64,000 nucleotides of DNA from an uncultured Bacteriovoracaceae bacterium (GCA_964012805.1 CAXGUD010000008.1:1-64000), one strand, 5' to 3'. Shown: positions 29,999-40,410, counted from the stretch's first letter. Numbers and translations are program-made. Notes: a model not told the origin generated them from the letters alone.

Positions 29999-30951
29999 GA
30001 TAAAAGCTCCTCTAGTTTACTGAAAGCATCCTCTGTATCGAGAGGGACAACTTTCAAGGACCTATTTATTTTTCTGCCAAGGCCTGTTAATACTTTTCCT
30101 GGGCCTACTTCTATACATAATGAGGTTTCTGGGATTTTTTGCATACTTTGGGTCCAAAGCACGCTTCCCTGCACCTGATTGATTAGGTTATTCTGTATGA
30201 CTTCACCTGGAGTTTCAACAGGATATTTTTTTGAGTCTATGTTGGCAATGTAGGGAAGCTTATTGGATGTAAATGAAATATTTTGAAAGAAGTCCTGAAG
30301 TTTGTCTTTTGCAGGTTTCATTAGAGAGGAATGGAAAGGAGCTGAAACTTTTAGCTCAACAGATCGAAAAGGGCTTTCATAATTTTCTTCCAACCACTTG
30401 ACGACCCTTAGTGCTGCTTCTGAATGACCTGAGATAACAATTTGATTTGGTTCGTTAAAATTGGCAGCCATCACCCTTTCCTCTTTATTGGAAGCAGCTT
30501 CACAGGCTTTGAGGACAGTACCCTCCGGAACTTTAAGAAGTGCGATCATTTTCCCTTTTCCTACTGGAACTGCTTGTTGCATGAACTTTCCACGATGGTG
30601 TACTGCCTTTATAGCATCCTCTGTCGATATTGCTCCGCAAGCAACTAGGGCGGCATATTCCCCTACTGAGTGTCCAAGACAGGCTTCAATTGGAATAGAC
30701 TTGTCCTTTAAAAACTCTGTTAACTCATTAAACAGAGCTAGTGAGTAGCTTACTATTGCAGGTTGAGTGTTTTCTGTAAGCGCTAACTGGTCTTCAGGCC
30801 CTTCCAACATGATTTTTGATAGAGAGTACCCAAGAACTTTGTCGGCAAAAGGAAGAAGGTTAAAGCTTTTTTTCCCTTCTAAAGCTCTTCCCATTCCAAC
30901 ATATTGAGATCCCTGCCCTGGGAAAAGAAGAGTGACTGATGTAAACTTCAT
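29995..30951 (-). CDS. fabD: malonyl-CoA:ACP transacylase
   Basis: FPGQGSQ, GHSVGEY and VSAPFHS. Confidence 0.96.
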   Translation of the reverse strand: MKFTSVTLLFPGQGSQYVGMGRALEGKKSFNLLPFADKVLGYSLSKIMLEGPEDQLALTENTQPAIVSYSLALFNELTEFLKDKSIPIEACLGHSVGEYAALVACGAISTEDAIKAVHHRGKFMQQAVPVGKGKMIALLKVPEGTVLKACEAASNKEERVMAANFNEPNQIVISGHSEAALRVVKWLEENYESPFRSVELKVSAPFHSSLMKPAKDKLQDFFQNISFTSNKLPYIANIDSKKYPVETPGEVIQNNLINQVQGSVLWTQSMQKIPETSLCIEVGPGKVLTGLGRKINRSLKVVPLDTEDAFSKLEELLS

Positions 30952-31150
30952 GATGTTTCCTTTTATATTATGTTGAACGTATTTCTTAAATTTATAATTA
31001 CTTCGTATAATTTTGAGTTTCGATCAAACTCGCATTTTTATAGTTGTTTGAAGAAATTAATGACTATAGGGGATTCTTTTTGAAAAAGGTGGGTAGCTTT
31101 GCTTTTTGGTATAATTCATGGAGGCCTCCCTATCATCTTCCGAATTAAGT

Positions 31151-31190
31151 AAAAAAAAACCTGTAAGATCAAGGATGAGTCTCACAGGTT
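31151..31190 (-). terminator. intrinsic terminator downstream of rpmF
   Basis: minus strand CCTGTGAGA...TCTTACAGG followed by T9. Confidence 0.7.
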
Positions 31191-31285
31191 CAAAAATAAT
31201 AAACGAGTAGTCCTAAAGGATAAACTTATTCCTTAAAGTTCCTTTAGGTAAAATTAAAAGTAAAAAAATTAAAGTTTCTTACTAA

Positions 31286-31501
31286 CTAGGCTTCAGTTTC
31301 TTCTGTATTTTCATCATCATTTTTTAGCTCGATGATTTCATTGCCTTTATACACACCACAAGATGCACACATTTTGTGAGGAAGAGTCAGTGTGCCACAA
31401 TTTGAGCACAATGTAGGAAACTTTCTGTATAGCTTATGGTGTTGACCAGCTCTTCTTTTTCCTTTACGTGAAACACTGGTTGCTTTCTTAGGTACTGCCA
31501 T
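31286..31501 (-). CDS. rpmF: 50S ribosomal protein L32
   Basis: MAVPKK..S.SRKGKRR; CxxC..CxxC. Confidence 0.95.
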   Translation of the reverse strand: MAVPKKATSVSRKGKRRAGQHHKLYRKFPTLCSNCGTLTLPHKMCASCGVYKGNEIIELKNDDENTEETEA

Positions 31502-31607
31502 TTGTCACTCCGACTATCTGTTTTCAATTCGAGATTACTGAACGAACGAGATACGTTATAATTAATAAGAAGACAAGTAAAATAGTTAATTTAGAACCCT
31601 TTTCTTG

Positions 31608-32201
31608 CTAGGCGTCTTGTTTGTGCCCACAGTCACTCTCGTTAAGGTTCTCGCCACAAGTAGAGCATAGCCCCTTACAGTCAGGGTCGTGTAGAGGAAA
31701 ATGATTTTTATTTACATAAATTTCCTCTAAAATCACCCCTTTAACATCAATTTCGTGCCCTTTATAGAAGTGAAGGTCTCTATCCTCTGAGTGAATATAT
31801 ATCTCTGTTGAGTCTTTGTACTCTGGACTTTTTTCAAAGGAGCTTTTAATGAAGCATGAGCTAAACTCGCAGGATATACTTTGCGACGTAGGAATAAGGC
31901 ACCTGACGCACTCTGCTGGATAAGCTACTTCTATTTTACCTTTGATTAAAATATAATCATCCAGCCTTGTGGAATGTTTTTTCTCTATATGTATACCTAG
32001 TAGAAGTTCCCCTTCATTATTTTCACCCCCTTTACTATTACTAGAGTTATTTTCCTGGATAAGGTCGTATAGTATCTTATCTAGCCAAGGCTGCTCATTA
32101 GGACGAATTTGGAGCTCTAAGGGCTTATTAAAGTTGAGTTTGTCTACCTTTAGTATTCCATCGGTTAGCTTTATAAGGGGAAGAGTGGCATTTTTGTTCA
32201 T
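31608..32201 (-). CDS. yceD: YceD/DUF177 family protein
   Basis: ECVRCL and CKGLCSTCGENLN..C; upstream of rpmF. Confidence 0.85.
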   Translation of the reverse strand: MNKNATLPLIKLTDGILKVDKLNFNKPLELQIRPNEQPWLDKILYDLIQENNSSNSKGGENNEGELLLGIHIEKKHSTRLDDYILIKGKIEVAYPAECVRCLIPTSQSISCEFSSCFIKSSFEKSPEYKDSTEIYIHSEDRDLHFYKGHEIDVKGVILEEIYVNKNHFPLHDPDCKGLCSTCGENLNESDCGHKQDA

Positions 32202-32335
32202 TTTAAGTCTTTGTTGTTGTGCGTTAAATGTGGCGTTAAGTCAGCTAAGGATTATATTAATTGCCCTTAGAAGTACATAATAAATTGAGGAAGAAGAATT
32301 GTTGTGAAAAAGATATAATCATTTTGGAGGATGTA

Positions 32336-32887
32336 TTGATCATTTTGCTTTGTGGTTTTATGGGTTGTGGGAAATCCTTCTTAATGGACTTCCTCCACAA
32401 GAATTCAGGAGGTAAAGGGGTATTTTCTGACCTTGATAAGGTGGTGTTAGATAAATTTGGATCTGATGAAAGTAGCTTAAGTGATCTAATTGAAGAAAAG
32501 GGGTGGGACTTTTTTAGGGAAAAAGAGTTTTTATGCCTCAAAGAGTTTTTAGACAAAGCAAAAAAGAATAAGGGTTTTTGTGTTCTCTCTTTGGGGGGAG
32601 GAAGCTTGAATGAAGAGTCTTTGAAACTTATTAATTCAACTGACAAATCAGTCCTTATTTGGCTTGAAACTTCTTTTGAAAAGTGTTTTGAAAGGATTTC
32701 AAGGGATGGAGTTGGAAGAAGACCTCTTTTAAAGAAAGGAAAGGGCTTTATCCATAAACTTTATTTAGAGAGAAAGTCTCTTTATGAGAAGTCTCATATA
32801 ACTATCTCAACAGATGACTTAGAAAAAATTAAGGACCTCGACGGTTTAATTGACCTAGTTCATGAGAGAAAAAGGAGAGTAATGTGA
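32336..32887 (+). CDS. aroK: shikimate kinase
   Basis: GFMGCGKS, DLD, FREKE, LGGG and RPLL; TTG start after GGAGG. Confidence 0.9.
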   Translation: MIILLCGFMGCGKSFLMDFLHKNSGGKGVFSDLDKVVLDKFGSDESSLSDLIEEKGWDFFREKEFLCLKEFLDKAKKNKGFCVLSLGGGSLNEESLKLINSTDKSVLIWLETSFEKCFERISRDGVGRRPLLKKGKGFIHKLYLERKSLYEKSHITISTDDLEKIKDLDGLIDLVHERKRRVM

Positions 32888-34296
32888 CTAACATCGGTCA
32901 GGGATTGACCCAAAAATGGTTGGGCGAAAAAGTTATTTCGATTTGTTCCAATGACAAGGAAGTATTAAGAGAGTTTTCGTTAATTTTTAAAAAGATTGGT
33001 ATTGCTCCATGTATTTTTGAAAGCCTTGAAGACTTTTGGCATGAGTCTTTAAAAAGCGGAGCGCCTACTTTAACTATTTTTGATATACGGCTGATGACTC
33101 AGGAGAAACTCATATTAAAAGATCACCCCCTCGTTAAAGCAAGTAAACTGCCATTATGTTTTGTTTACTCAAAAGATACGGAACCTCTTTTATTTTCAAC
33201 CTATGAGATTTTAAACTTAGGGTTAATAAAGCTCTCTAAACATACAACTGGGCAGGTTAAAGCTGTTCTTAAAAGGTTGAATAATTTTACTAAATTGAAT
33301 GAAGAGAACGCTTTTTTGAAGAAAGAAAATGATGAAAAGTTTTTAAAATTATCGAAGAGGGTAGAAGAATTAGGAGAGTCAGATTTTTTTACAAGAAGGT
33401 TAAAGGAAATTTGTAACAGCTTTTCTTCAGAAATTGATGATTCGTTTCTAAAGTCCTGTGCGAAAATATTTGAAAAGATAGAATTTATTAAAGGTTATTC
33501 CTTTTATGAAGTTGGAAGTGTTTCAAAAAAAATTGATTCGCCTGAACTTTTTAACTTCAAAAAATATATAAAATTGCCTAGTTTATGGGGCTCAAATGAA
33601 GGTTTGGATTATATAAATATTGCTTCACAAAAAATGAGTGTCCAGGTCGCATCAGAAATTTTTGATAATGATTTTGTATCTTTGGTTATTAAAGATGAAA
33701 ATAATAAAGGTCAAAAAATTATTTTCTTAAGTCTTAACGATAAGACTTGGTATAATAAATTCGACTTTGCTTTTTTTGAGAAATTTCTAGGCTCTTACTT
33801 TTTGAAATTCTGTATTAAGTCCATAAAAGAATTAAATAAAATAGAAAGTCAGTCTTTAAATTTTTGGTCGTTTCTATCTTTAGTTGAGAAAAAGGGAGGT
33901 GAGAATATCTGCATTGATTTTACTGTATTTCTAAACTCTCTTGTTAATGATAAAATTGATAATTCTCTTGAGTGGGAAAATTTTATAAGAGATTTTATTG
34001 GTGAAGTGAAAAGAGATTTCAATGGTACTTTAAAGTATTCTTTTGATTCAAATATTAGGGTATACTTTTTAACAAGTGAAGATAAGAAAGAAGAATTAAT
34101 AAAGGTTTTAGAGGATGTTATAAGCTCGTTTCCTTACCGGCGTTATTGTTTTAATAACAGCGGAGAGTTTATTTCTTTTGAAAAGCCAAAATTAAATTTT
34201 AACGTTTTTGGCAAAAACTACATAAAAAATCACCGCATAAAAAATCGTGAAAGGGAGCAACCTGGACGTTTTTTTAAGCCCAGTGAATTTCTATAG
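32884..34296 (+). CDS. hypothetical protein, possible degenerate N-terminal receiver-like domain
   Basis: 470-aa ORF overlapping the aroK stop; LTIFDIRLM segment followed by a coiled-coil-like stretch. Confidence 0.65.
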   Translation: MTNIGQGLTQKWLGEKVISICSNDKEVLREFSLIFKKIGIAPCIFESLEDFWHESLKSGAPTLTIFDIRLMTQEKLILKDHPLVKASKLPLCFVYSKDTEPLLFSTYEILNLGLIKLSKHTTGQVKAVLKRLNNFTKLNEENAFLKKENDEKFLKLSKRVEELGESDFFTRRLKEICNSFSSEIDDSFLKSCAKIFEKIEFIKGYSFYEVGSVSKKIDSPELFNFKKYIKLPSLWGSNEGLDYINIASQKMSVQVASEIFDNDFVSLVIKDENNKGQKIIFLSLNDKTWYNKFDFAFFEKFLGSYFLKFCIKSIKELNKIESQSLNFWSFLSLVEKKGGENICIDFTVFLNSLVNDKIDNSLEWENFIRDFIGEVKRDFNGTLKYSFDSNIRVYFLTSEDKKEELIKVLEDVISSFPYRRYCFNNSGEFISFEKPKLNFNVFGKNYIKNHRIKNREREQPGRFFKPSEFL

Positions 34297-34314
34297 AGGA
34301 GGCTTTAATTTCCG

Positions 34315-35451
34315 ATGAGGTATAGAACAAGACTTTGTGTTGATTTTAATGTTTTGGGTGAAAATTTTAGTTTTCTTAAAACTTTGGTTCCTAAAAATGA
34401 AATCCTATTTATGGTTAAAGCTAATGCTTATGGCCACGGAATGGTTCCGATTGTTCAATACGCTAATAAGGTTCTCGGTATAAAAGAGTTTGGTGTGGCC
34501 ACAATTGAGGAGGGAGCTTATCTACGAGATTCCCTAAGCAATTGTGAATTTGAGGTCTACGTTTTCTCAGATATCCAGTTGGACCTAGGGGTGAATTGGA
34601 ATATTTACAGAAGTAGACGGATTACGCCTGTTTTATCTAGGTTAGAAGATTTAAAAACTTTCCTAGAAAATAGAAGTTATAATCACATTCCTTTGGTTTT
34701 AAAATATAACACAGGTATGAACCGTCTTGGTATTTCTGATAAGGATTTGGAAAAGTCTATTGGTCTTCTTAAAAAATATAATAGGACCCACATATCTCAT
34801 CTTATGTCCCATTTCTCTTCATCTTTTTTATCTATTAATAAAGTAAAAAAAACCAATAACCAATTTAGGGTTTTTAAAGAGCTTAAAAAAATATTTAGAG
34901 ATAATGGAATAACAGTTGAAAAAAGTTCCATTTCAAACTCTGGTGCCATTGAGCAGAAATTCGGACTTGAAGAAAGCCACGTTCGACCTGGCTTAATTCT
35001 TTATGGTCCTTCGAGTCTTTCAAGCGACTTTAGGGAAAAAAGTTTATGGAAAGGAAAAAATATATCGAGTTTAGAAACAACAATTATTTCAACTTTTAAT
35101 GTAAAAAAAGGTGATCCTCTTGGTTATGGTGCAATTCCTTGCCCCGAAGATGGTTTAGTTGGTATTGTTTCAATTGGTTATGGAGATGGCTTTTTAAGTT
35201 CTTATCAAGGAGCAACTTTTTCTTTTAAAGGTCGCCCTGCCAGGGTTGTTGGTCGAATTAGTATGGATATGGCACATATTTTGTTTCCACCATCTCTTAA
35301 AAATGATGTTCATGTTGGAGAAACATTTAGGATATGGGGAGAAGATTCTTCTGAGTTACTTGACCTTTCTGATGAGCTAAAACGGATTCCTTATGAATTA
35401 TTTTGTCAGCTTTCTCCAAGGATACCTAGAGTTTATAATCTAACTCAGTAG
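34315..35451 (+). CDS. alr: alanine racemase
   Basis: MVKANAYGHG, NTGMNRLG, VRPGLILYG, GYGDG and GRISMD. Confidence 0.95.
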   Translation: MRYRTRLCVDFNVLGENFSFLKTLVPKNEILFMVKANAYGHGMVPIVQYANKVLGIKEFGVATIEEGAYLRDSLSNCEFEVYVFSDIQLDLGVNWNIYRSRRITPVLSRLEDLKTFLENRSYNHIPLVLKYNTGMNRLGISDKDLEKSIGLLKKYNRTHISHLMSHFSSSFLSINKVKKTNNQFRVFKELKKIFRDNGITVEKSSISNSGAIEQKFGLEESHVRPGLILYGPSSLSSDFREKSLWKGKNISSLETTIISTFNVKKGDPLGYGAIPCPEDGLVGIVSIGYGDGFLSSYQGATFSFKGRPARVVGRISMDMAHILFPPSLKNDVHVGETFRIWGEDSSELLDLSDELKRIPYELFCQLSPRIPRVYNLTQ

Positions 35452-35484
35452 TTTAAATAGTTATTAGAAGACTATCTGGGTTGT

Positions 35485-36291
35485 ATGAACAAGATTTATA
35501 AATTTTTTTCCTCAACTGTTGAACAAATTGGTTTTTCTTTAATCAATGGCCTGAGCGGTTTGGGGAGGATAATTAATTTTATTTTTAGGTTCTTTTATTG
35601 GCTTCCTAAGAACCCTTTTCGGTTAAAAGAGTTGGTTTCTCAATTATATGATATTGGAAATAAGAGCCTTTTTATTATTGCTCTTTCAGGGGCTTTTACA
35701 GGAATGGTAATGGCTTATCAGACTTATTTTGGATTTAGGCTTATATCTGTAGATTCTCTTGTTGGTCCTGTTGTTGCATTATCATTAGCAAAGGAGCTTG
35801 CACCTGTTTTATCAGGATTAATTGTCGCTGGAAGATCTGGCTCAGCAATGGCTGCACATATAGGAAGCATGAAGGTTACGGAGCAGCTAGATGCTTTGGA
35901 AGTCATGGGAATAAGTAGTTTTCAGTATCTTGCAGTTCCAAGAATAATAGCAGCATCTCTTTGTCTTCCGATGCTTTCGAGCATTTTTTTATTCGTTGGA
36001 AATGTAGGTTCTTACTTTGTTGGAACGAAGGCTTTAATGATAGATGGAACAATTTATTTTTCCAAACTTGGAAAGTGGATGTTTGTGGAAGATATTGGGC
36101 AAGGCTTAATAAAATCATTTTTTTTTGGTTTTATCATTTCAGTCATAGGGACCTATTTTGGTTTTAAGGTGGAAAAAGGAGCTGCTGGAGTAGGTAAAGC
36201 AACTAACCAAGCCGTCGTTTGGGGAATGATTTCGGTATTAATCTTAGATTATATTTTGACAAGTTTTTTGGTTCAATTTATGGGGGGGTGA
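35485..36291 (+). CDS. mlaE: MlaE ABC permease
   Basis: [35 protein letters not shown]. Confidence 0.95.
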   Translation: MNKIYKFFSSTVEQIGFSLINGLSGLGRIINFIFRFFYWLPKNPFRLKELVSQLYDIGNKSLFIIALSGAFTGMVMAYQTYFGFRLISVDSLVGPVVALSLAKELAPVLSGLIVAGRSGSAMAAHIGSMKVTEQLDALEVMGISSFQYLAVPRIIAASLCLPMLSSIFLFVGNVGSYFVGTKALMIDGTIYFSKLGKWMFVEDIGQGLIKSFFFGFIISVIGTYFGFKVEKGAAGVGKATNQAVVWGMISVLILDYILTSFLVQFMGG

Positions 36292-36301
36292 AAAGGATTT
36301 T

Positions 36302-37057
36302 ATGGATTACTTCGAAGAGGAAAAAGCAGTTGATATAAAAGGTCTAACAACTATATTGGGAGGTCAAACTATATTAAACAACTTATCCTTTGGAATACCA
36401 AAAAATAAAATAACAACAATTCTTGGCTTTTCTGGTGCTGGTAAATCTACTTTGTTAAAGCATATTTTGGGTCTTTTAAAACCGACTTATGGTTCGGTAT
36501 TTGTTCTTGGTAAAAACTTAAATGATTTGTCCGAGTTTGAGTTGAAAAAATTTAGAAGGCATTTTGGTATGTTATTCCAATATGCAGCTTTGTTTGACTC
36601 TCTAAGCGCTTATGAAAATGTTGCTTTTCCCTTAAATGAATTTACAGATTTAAGTGAGGACGAGGTGGAAGAAAAAGTTTATGGCCTCCTTGAATCTGTT
36701 GGGATTAAGGTTGACTCTTTTTTTAAGTTACCTTCTGAACTCTCTGGAGGTATGAGGAAAAGAGTTGGTTTAGCTAGGGCCTTGGCATTGGGTCCGGATA
36801 TAATGCTTTATGATGAACCAACTACCGGTTTAGACCCTATAACAACTAAAATGGTCAATGATCTTATATTAAATACCTATAGGAAAAATGTAGATAGAGG
36901 GATGACATCAATAATAATATCCCATGATGTAAAGGTTACATTAGAAATTTCCGACTTTGTGGCTTTTTTAGACCATGGTAAAATTGTAGAGTTTCTTCCT
37001 GTTAAAGATTTTGTGAATTCGCAAAATAAACTAGTCCAGGAATTTTTAGCTTTATGA
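36302..37057 (+). CDS. mlaF: MlaF ABC ATPase
   Basis: [23 protein letters not shown] and [10 protein letters not shown]. Confidence 0.93.
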   Translation: MDYFEEEKAVDIKGLTTILGGQTILNNLSFGIPKNKITTILGFSGAGKSTLLKHILGLLKPTYGSVFVLGKNLNDLSEFELKKFRRHFGMLFQYAALFDSLSAYENVAFPLNEFTDLSEDEVEEKVYGLLESVGIKVDSFFKLPSELSGGMRKRVGLARALALGPDIMLYDEPTTGLDPITTKMVNDLILNTYRKNVDRGMTSIIISHDVKVTLEISDFVAFLDHGKIVEFLPVKDFVNSQNKLVQEFLAL

Positions 37058-38424
37058 GTGAATTGAAGGTAGGTATTCTTGCATTACTCACAATGGCATC
37101 GATTGTCTTTATGTCACTTAAAATAACATCTTTTCAGTCTGGCTTTGGTGAATACATTAATTATCGAACGATTTTAAAAGATGCTTCAGGAATTTTCCCT
37201 AAAACTCCAATCAAAATAGCAGGTATAACGGCAGGAAAGATAAAGAAAATTGAACTTCATGGAAATAGTGCTCTCGTTACTTTTCGAATTTTAAAAAGAA
37301 TTAAAGTCACCGAAGGATCAAGTCTAATTGTTAAATCGGTTGGTTTTCTCGGTGATAAATATTTAGAAATAAAAGTCGTGAGGGGAAAGCCTCGCTTAGA
37401 AGAGAATGGTTTTGTTATAGCAGCTGATAAAGCAGGAATTGAAAATATACTAAAAGATACATCAACTATTTTAGGAGATGTGAAGGATTTAATAGGAGCC
37501 TTGAAAGAAGGGTTAATCTCTAAAGAAGGGGATTCGGAATTAAAGTTAATGATAAGTAACTTTCGTGGTTTGACAATAAATGCTAGAGAGGTTGCAGAGA
37601 ATCTAAAAGAGATTCTTGTTAACAATAAGGGAAGCCTTTCTAATGCAGTCTCAAACTTTGAAAGTCTTTCTAGTGATTTAAAAAGCTCAATTAACAGTAA
37701 GAATGTAGGTAACACCATAGTAAAAATTAAAAACACAATGGGTCATTTAGAAAATTTATCAACTGATATGAAGGAAATAATTTCTGATGTAAAAGAAGGA
37801 AAAGGAACATTTGGTTCTCTTTTAAGGGATGGAGAATTGGCTGATGAAGTTAAAGAAGCTATTTCCTCAGTTAATAAGCTTGTAAGTAGAGTCGATTCCA
37901 TCCGAACAGAGCTATCCTTGTTTAGTGGAGTTGATACAACAGAGGGCTCTTTATCATCGTTAAAATTGAGGGTATTTTCTTCCCCTGAAAGGTTATATGA
38001 ACTTGGTGTAACAACGAGCAAAGAAGGAATAGAGAAAGAAACAAAAAAGACTGTAGTTACCGATGGTGTTGCTTCAGAAACGGTTACAAAGTCTGTCGAT
38101 AAAAATACATTTAAGATTAATGCAATGCTTGGCAGGAAGATTCAGAACTGGGTTTTTAGAGGAGGCGTGATTGAATCTACCGGTGGAGTAGGCGTTGATT
38201 ATCTCAGAAGTGATTGGGGTTCAAAGTTTTCTATGGAAGTTTTTGATTATAGTGAGTCTAAAGGAGCTAATTTGAGACTCTCATCAGAGACCCAAATGTG
38301 GAACGTCATTTATGGAAAAGCAACATTCGATGATATTTTTAATGATGAAAGAAGTGCAACAGTAAGTGCTGGCTTAAAGTTTAATGATGAGGATTTAAAA
38401 GGATTACTAGGATTCTTTTTTTAG
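37054..38424 (+). CDS. mlaD: long MlaD (MCE domain, helical linker, C-terminal beta-rich domain)
   Basis: N-terminal TM, MCE motifs ([18 protein letters not shown]), helical region, GTFGSLL, beta-strand-like C-terminus. Confidence 0.9.
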   Translation: MSELKVGILALLTMASIVFMSLKITSFQSGFGEYINYRTILKDASGIFPKTPIKIAGITAGKIKKIELHGNSALVTFRILKRIKVTEGSSLIVKSVGFLGDKYLEIKVVRGKPRLEENGFVIAADKAGIENILKDTSTILGDVKDLIGALKEGLISKEGDSELKLMISNFRGLTINAREVAENLKEILVNNKGSLSNAVSNFESLSSDLKSSINSKNVGNTIVKIKNTMGHLENLSTDMKEIISDVKEGKGTFGSLLRDGELADEVKEAISSVNKLVSRVDSIRTELSLFSGVDTTEGSLSSLKLRVFSSPERLYELGVTTSKEGIEKETKKTVVTDGVASETVTKSVDKNTFKINAMLGRKIQNWVFRGGVIESTGGVGVDYLRSDWGSKFSMEVFDYSESKGANLRLSSETQMWNVIYGKATFDDIFNDERSATVSAGLKFNDEDLKGLLGFFF

Positions 38425-38432
38425 AGAGTGAA

Positions 38433-39161
38433 ATGGAAAAAAACTGGCTTATTAGGACGCATCAAAATCAAATACTTGGACCAATTTCAAAAGAAAGAGT
38501 CATTGAGCTCATAAGAAAAGGTAATCTTATAAGCGAGGATGAGATTTGTTCTGGAAATGGTTTTTGGTTTCAGGTTCGAGAGAAAGAGCTTGTTGAAAAA
38601 CACATTTATAATGATGAAAAACAAAACTTTAACCCGGTTTCAGAAGCAAAAAGCATATTTGCAGAAGGTGAAATTGAAAAATTGGAGGCTTTAGAAAAAA
38701 AAGCTTCTCTTCCCAAAAATGAAGATTTAGAGTTTCCAGAAATCAAAAAATTTGGTACCGAAGAGAGTGAAAAAGATATTTTACCAGAGTCGAATGATTT
38801 AGAGTTTCCAGAAGAGTTGGGTCAAAAGGAGACTCAGGAAAATGAAAAAGCAGATGAAGATAAAATAAAAAAGTCTGAATCATCTGAAAGAAGCATATCC
38901 GAAAAAAAGCCTAGAAGAAAAAAGGCAAGGAAGAAAAAATTGAAAAAAAGATATGAAGTGATTGAAGGGCCAAAAAGAAATGATCGCTTCCTCTTTTACA
39001 TTTTCTTATTGCTACTATTGATTCTCTTAGGCGTTTTTATTTTTTACAAGAATACTCTAAATAGCCTTTTTCCTAAATCAAGCAGTTTCTCTTTGTTTTT
39101 TCCTGATGCTGTCGCCCAAACTGTAGATTTAAAAAAAAAAAAAAGCAGCTTGAACCATTAA
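38433..39161 (+). CDS. GYF-like domain membrane protein; ends just past an A14 tract
   Basis: WLIRT..ILGPIS...FW N-terminus, acidic linker, basic tract, TM helix. Confidence 0.7.
   Translation: MEKNWLIRTHQNQILGPISKERVIELIRKGNLISEDEICSGNGFWFQVREKELVEKHIYNDEKQNFNPVSEAKSIFAEGEIEKLEALEKKASLPKNEDLEFPEIKKFGTEESEKDILPESNDLEFPEELGQKETQENEKADEDKIKKSESSERSISEKKPRRKKARKKKLKKRYEVIEGPKRNDRFLFYIFLLLLLILLGVFIFYKNTLNSLFPKSSSFSLFFPDAVAQTVDLKKKKSSLNH
38724..38813 (+). repeat. 18-bp direct repeat (DLEFPE twice)
   Basis: GATTTAGAGTTTCCAGAA at 38724 and 38796. Confidence 0.8.
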
Positions 39162-39241
39162 TTTTAAAAAAATTCGATATAAATCCCCGCATTACTTTTG
39201 GAGGGGTTTTTTTAGAAACAAACTCCAAGGTACCTAACGTT

Positions 39242-40390
39242 GTGGAAAACTGTAATGAGATGACAACGTTCACATCTCAGATGTTTTTGTCTTTGGGAAT
39301 TGATGAAGATAAGGTTAGAAGCCTTTTGGATAAGTGTAGTGCTGAGGTTTCTAATCAGCATAGAGCATTTTTCGATTTACTATTGGAGAGAAATAAAAAA
39401 AGTCTTTTAAACAAAGCTCCCTTTGATAAACAGGAAAAAAAGGTTTTTTTAGATACCCACAGAAAGAAAAAGCAAGATTTAAAAACAGTAAAAAAATTTA
39501 TATCTTTTTTTGAAGAATTCCTTGTGTTTCTTGGAAGCAAAAAAGACTCCAAAGGAGACCTGGATAAAGCTATCGGGTTTTTATCCAAGGTTGATTCTTT
39601 TGAATCTGTTTATTTAAAAAGCTTAGTTGAAATTCTTTTAGCTTTAAAGTTTGATAACTATTATAGAGTGGAAAAAAGAGTAAAGTTCATCTTAAAAATA
39701 GACCCTGCATACTTTATTTTTAACCCTATTTTCCCAGGAATTAAAAAAAGTGAAAGGATCTTATTGGAGAAGACTCTTTTTAGGGCTTTTGCTTTCATAA
39801 AAGATAATTTAAAAAATAAGACTTTAAAAAAGGTTTTTTTTACTTATCTTAACTTCTATTATTACTTCCAAAAAGATGCATTTAAAGCACTTCTAAAGGA
39901 TATTGATACAAACTGGAGCTTGCTGGATATTCGAGAACTTTCTAAAGATAATCGGAATAGCTCCGAGTACTTATTTTTTCTCTCCTATCTGCTAACCAAA
40001 AAGAAGCTGTATTCGGAAAGATTTTTATTACTTAAGGAACACTTAGAAGAGAAAAAGATAAAAGAAATGAGTTTCTCTGAATTATCTTTATTAGTTGCAG
40101 TTGTCGATAAAGAAATAATAAAAAAGACTTTTTTTAAAAACAAAATAACGAATCTCTTGAGGCAAAAAAATGATTACTACAAATACCTAGTATTTAAAGT
40201 TATGGAATACAAGACTTTAAAAGAACTGATTTCTGGTATTGATAGTAATTATAGAAGAGCAAATTTCCAATTAGAATATTCTTTTTATAGTAAAAAGTTA
40301 ATCTCAAGCCATTTTAAGCACTTTTGCCTTTATAAATTACTCAAATTGGGGCATAAGAAAAAATCAATGCTATGGTGGCTTATTCAATAA
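39242..40390 (+). CDS. hypothetical helical protein, probably the -1-frame continuation of 38433..39161
   Basis: frame stays open upstream through the A14 tract; no clear RBS at the GTG. Confidence 0.6.
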   Translation: MENCNEMTTFTSQMFLSLGIDEDKVRSLLDKCSAEVSNQHRAFFDLLLERNKKSLLNKAPFDKQEKKVFLDTHRKKKQDLKTVKKFISFFEEFLVFLGSKKDSKGDLDKAIGFLSKVDSFESVYLKSLVEILLALKFDNYYRVEKRVKFILKIDPAYFIFNPIFPGIKKSERILLEKTLFRAFAFIKDNLKNKTLKKVFFTYLNFYYYFQKDAFKALLKDIDTNWSLLDIRELSKDNRNSSEYLFFLSYLLTKKKLYSERFLLLKEHLEEKKIKEMSFSELSLLVAVVDKEIIKKTFFKNKITNLLRQKNDYYKYLVFKVMEYKTLKELISGIDSNYRRANFQLEYSFYSKKLISSHFKHFCLYKLLKLGHKKKSMLWWLIQ

Positions 40391-40410
40391 AAATTATTTA
40401 AGAGAAGAAC

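Noticed and set aside
31057..31119. 20-codon minus-strand ORF with GGAGG upstream of fabD
   Set aside because: Too short, no informative composition, no resemblance to plsX or fabH remnants
32257..32646. 129-aa minus-strand ORF
   Set aside because: Antisense to aroK, which has all the family motifs
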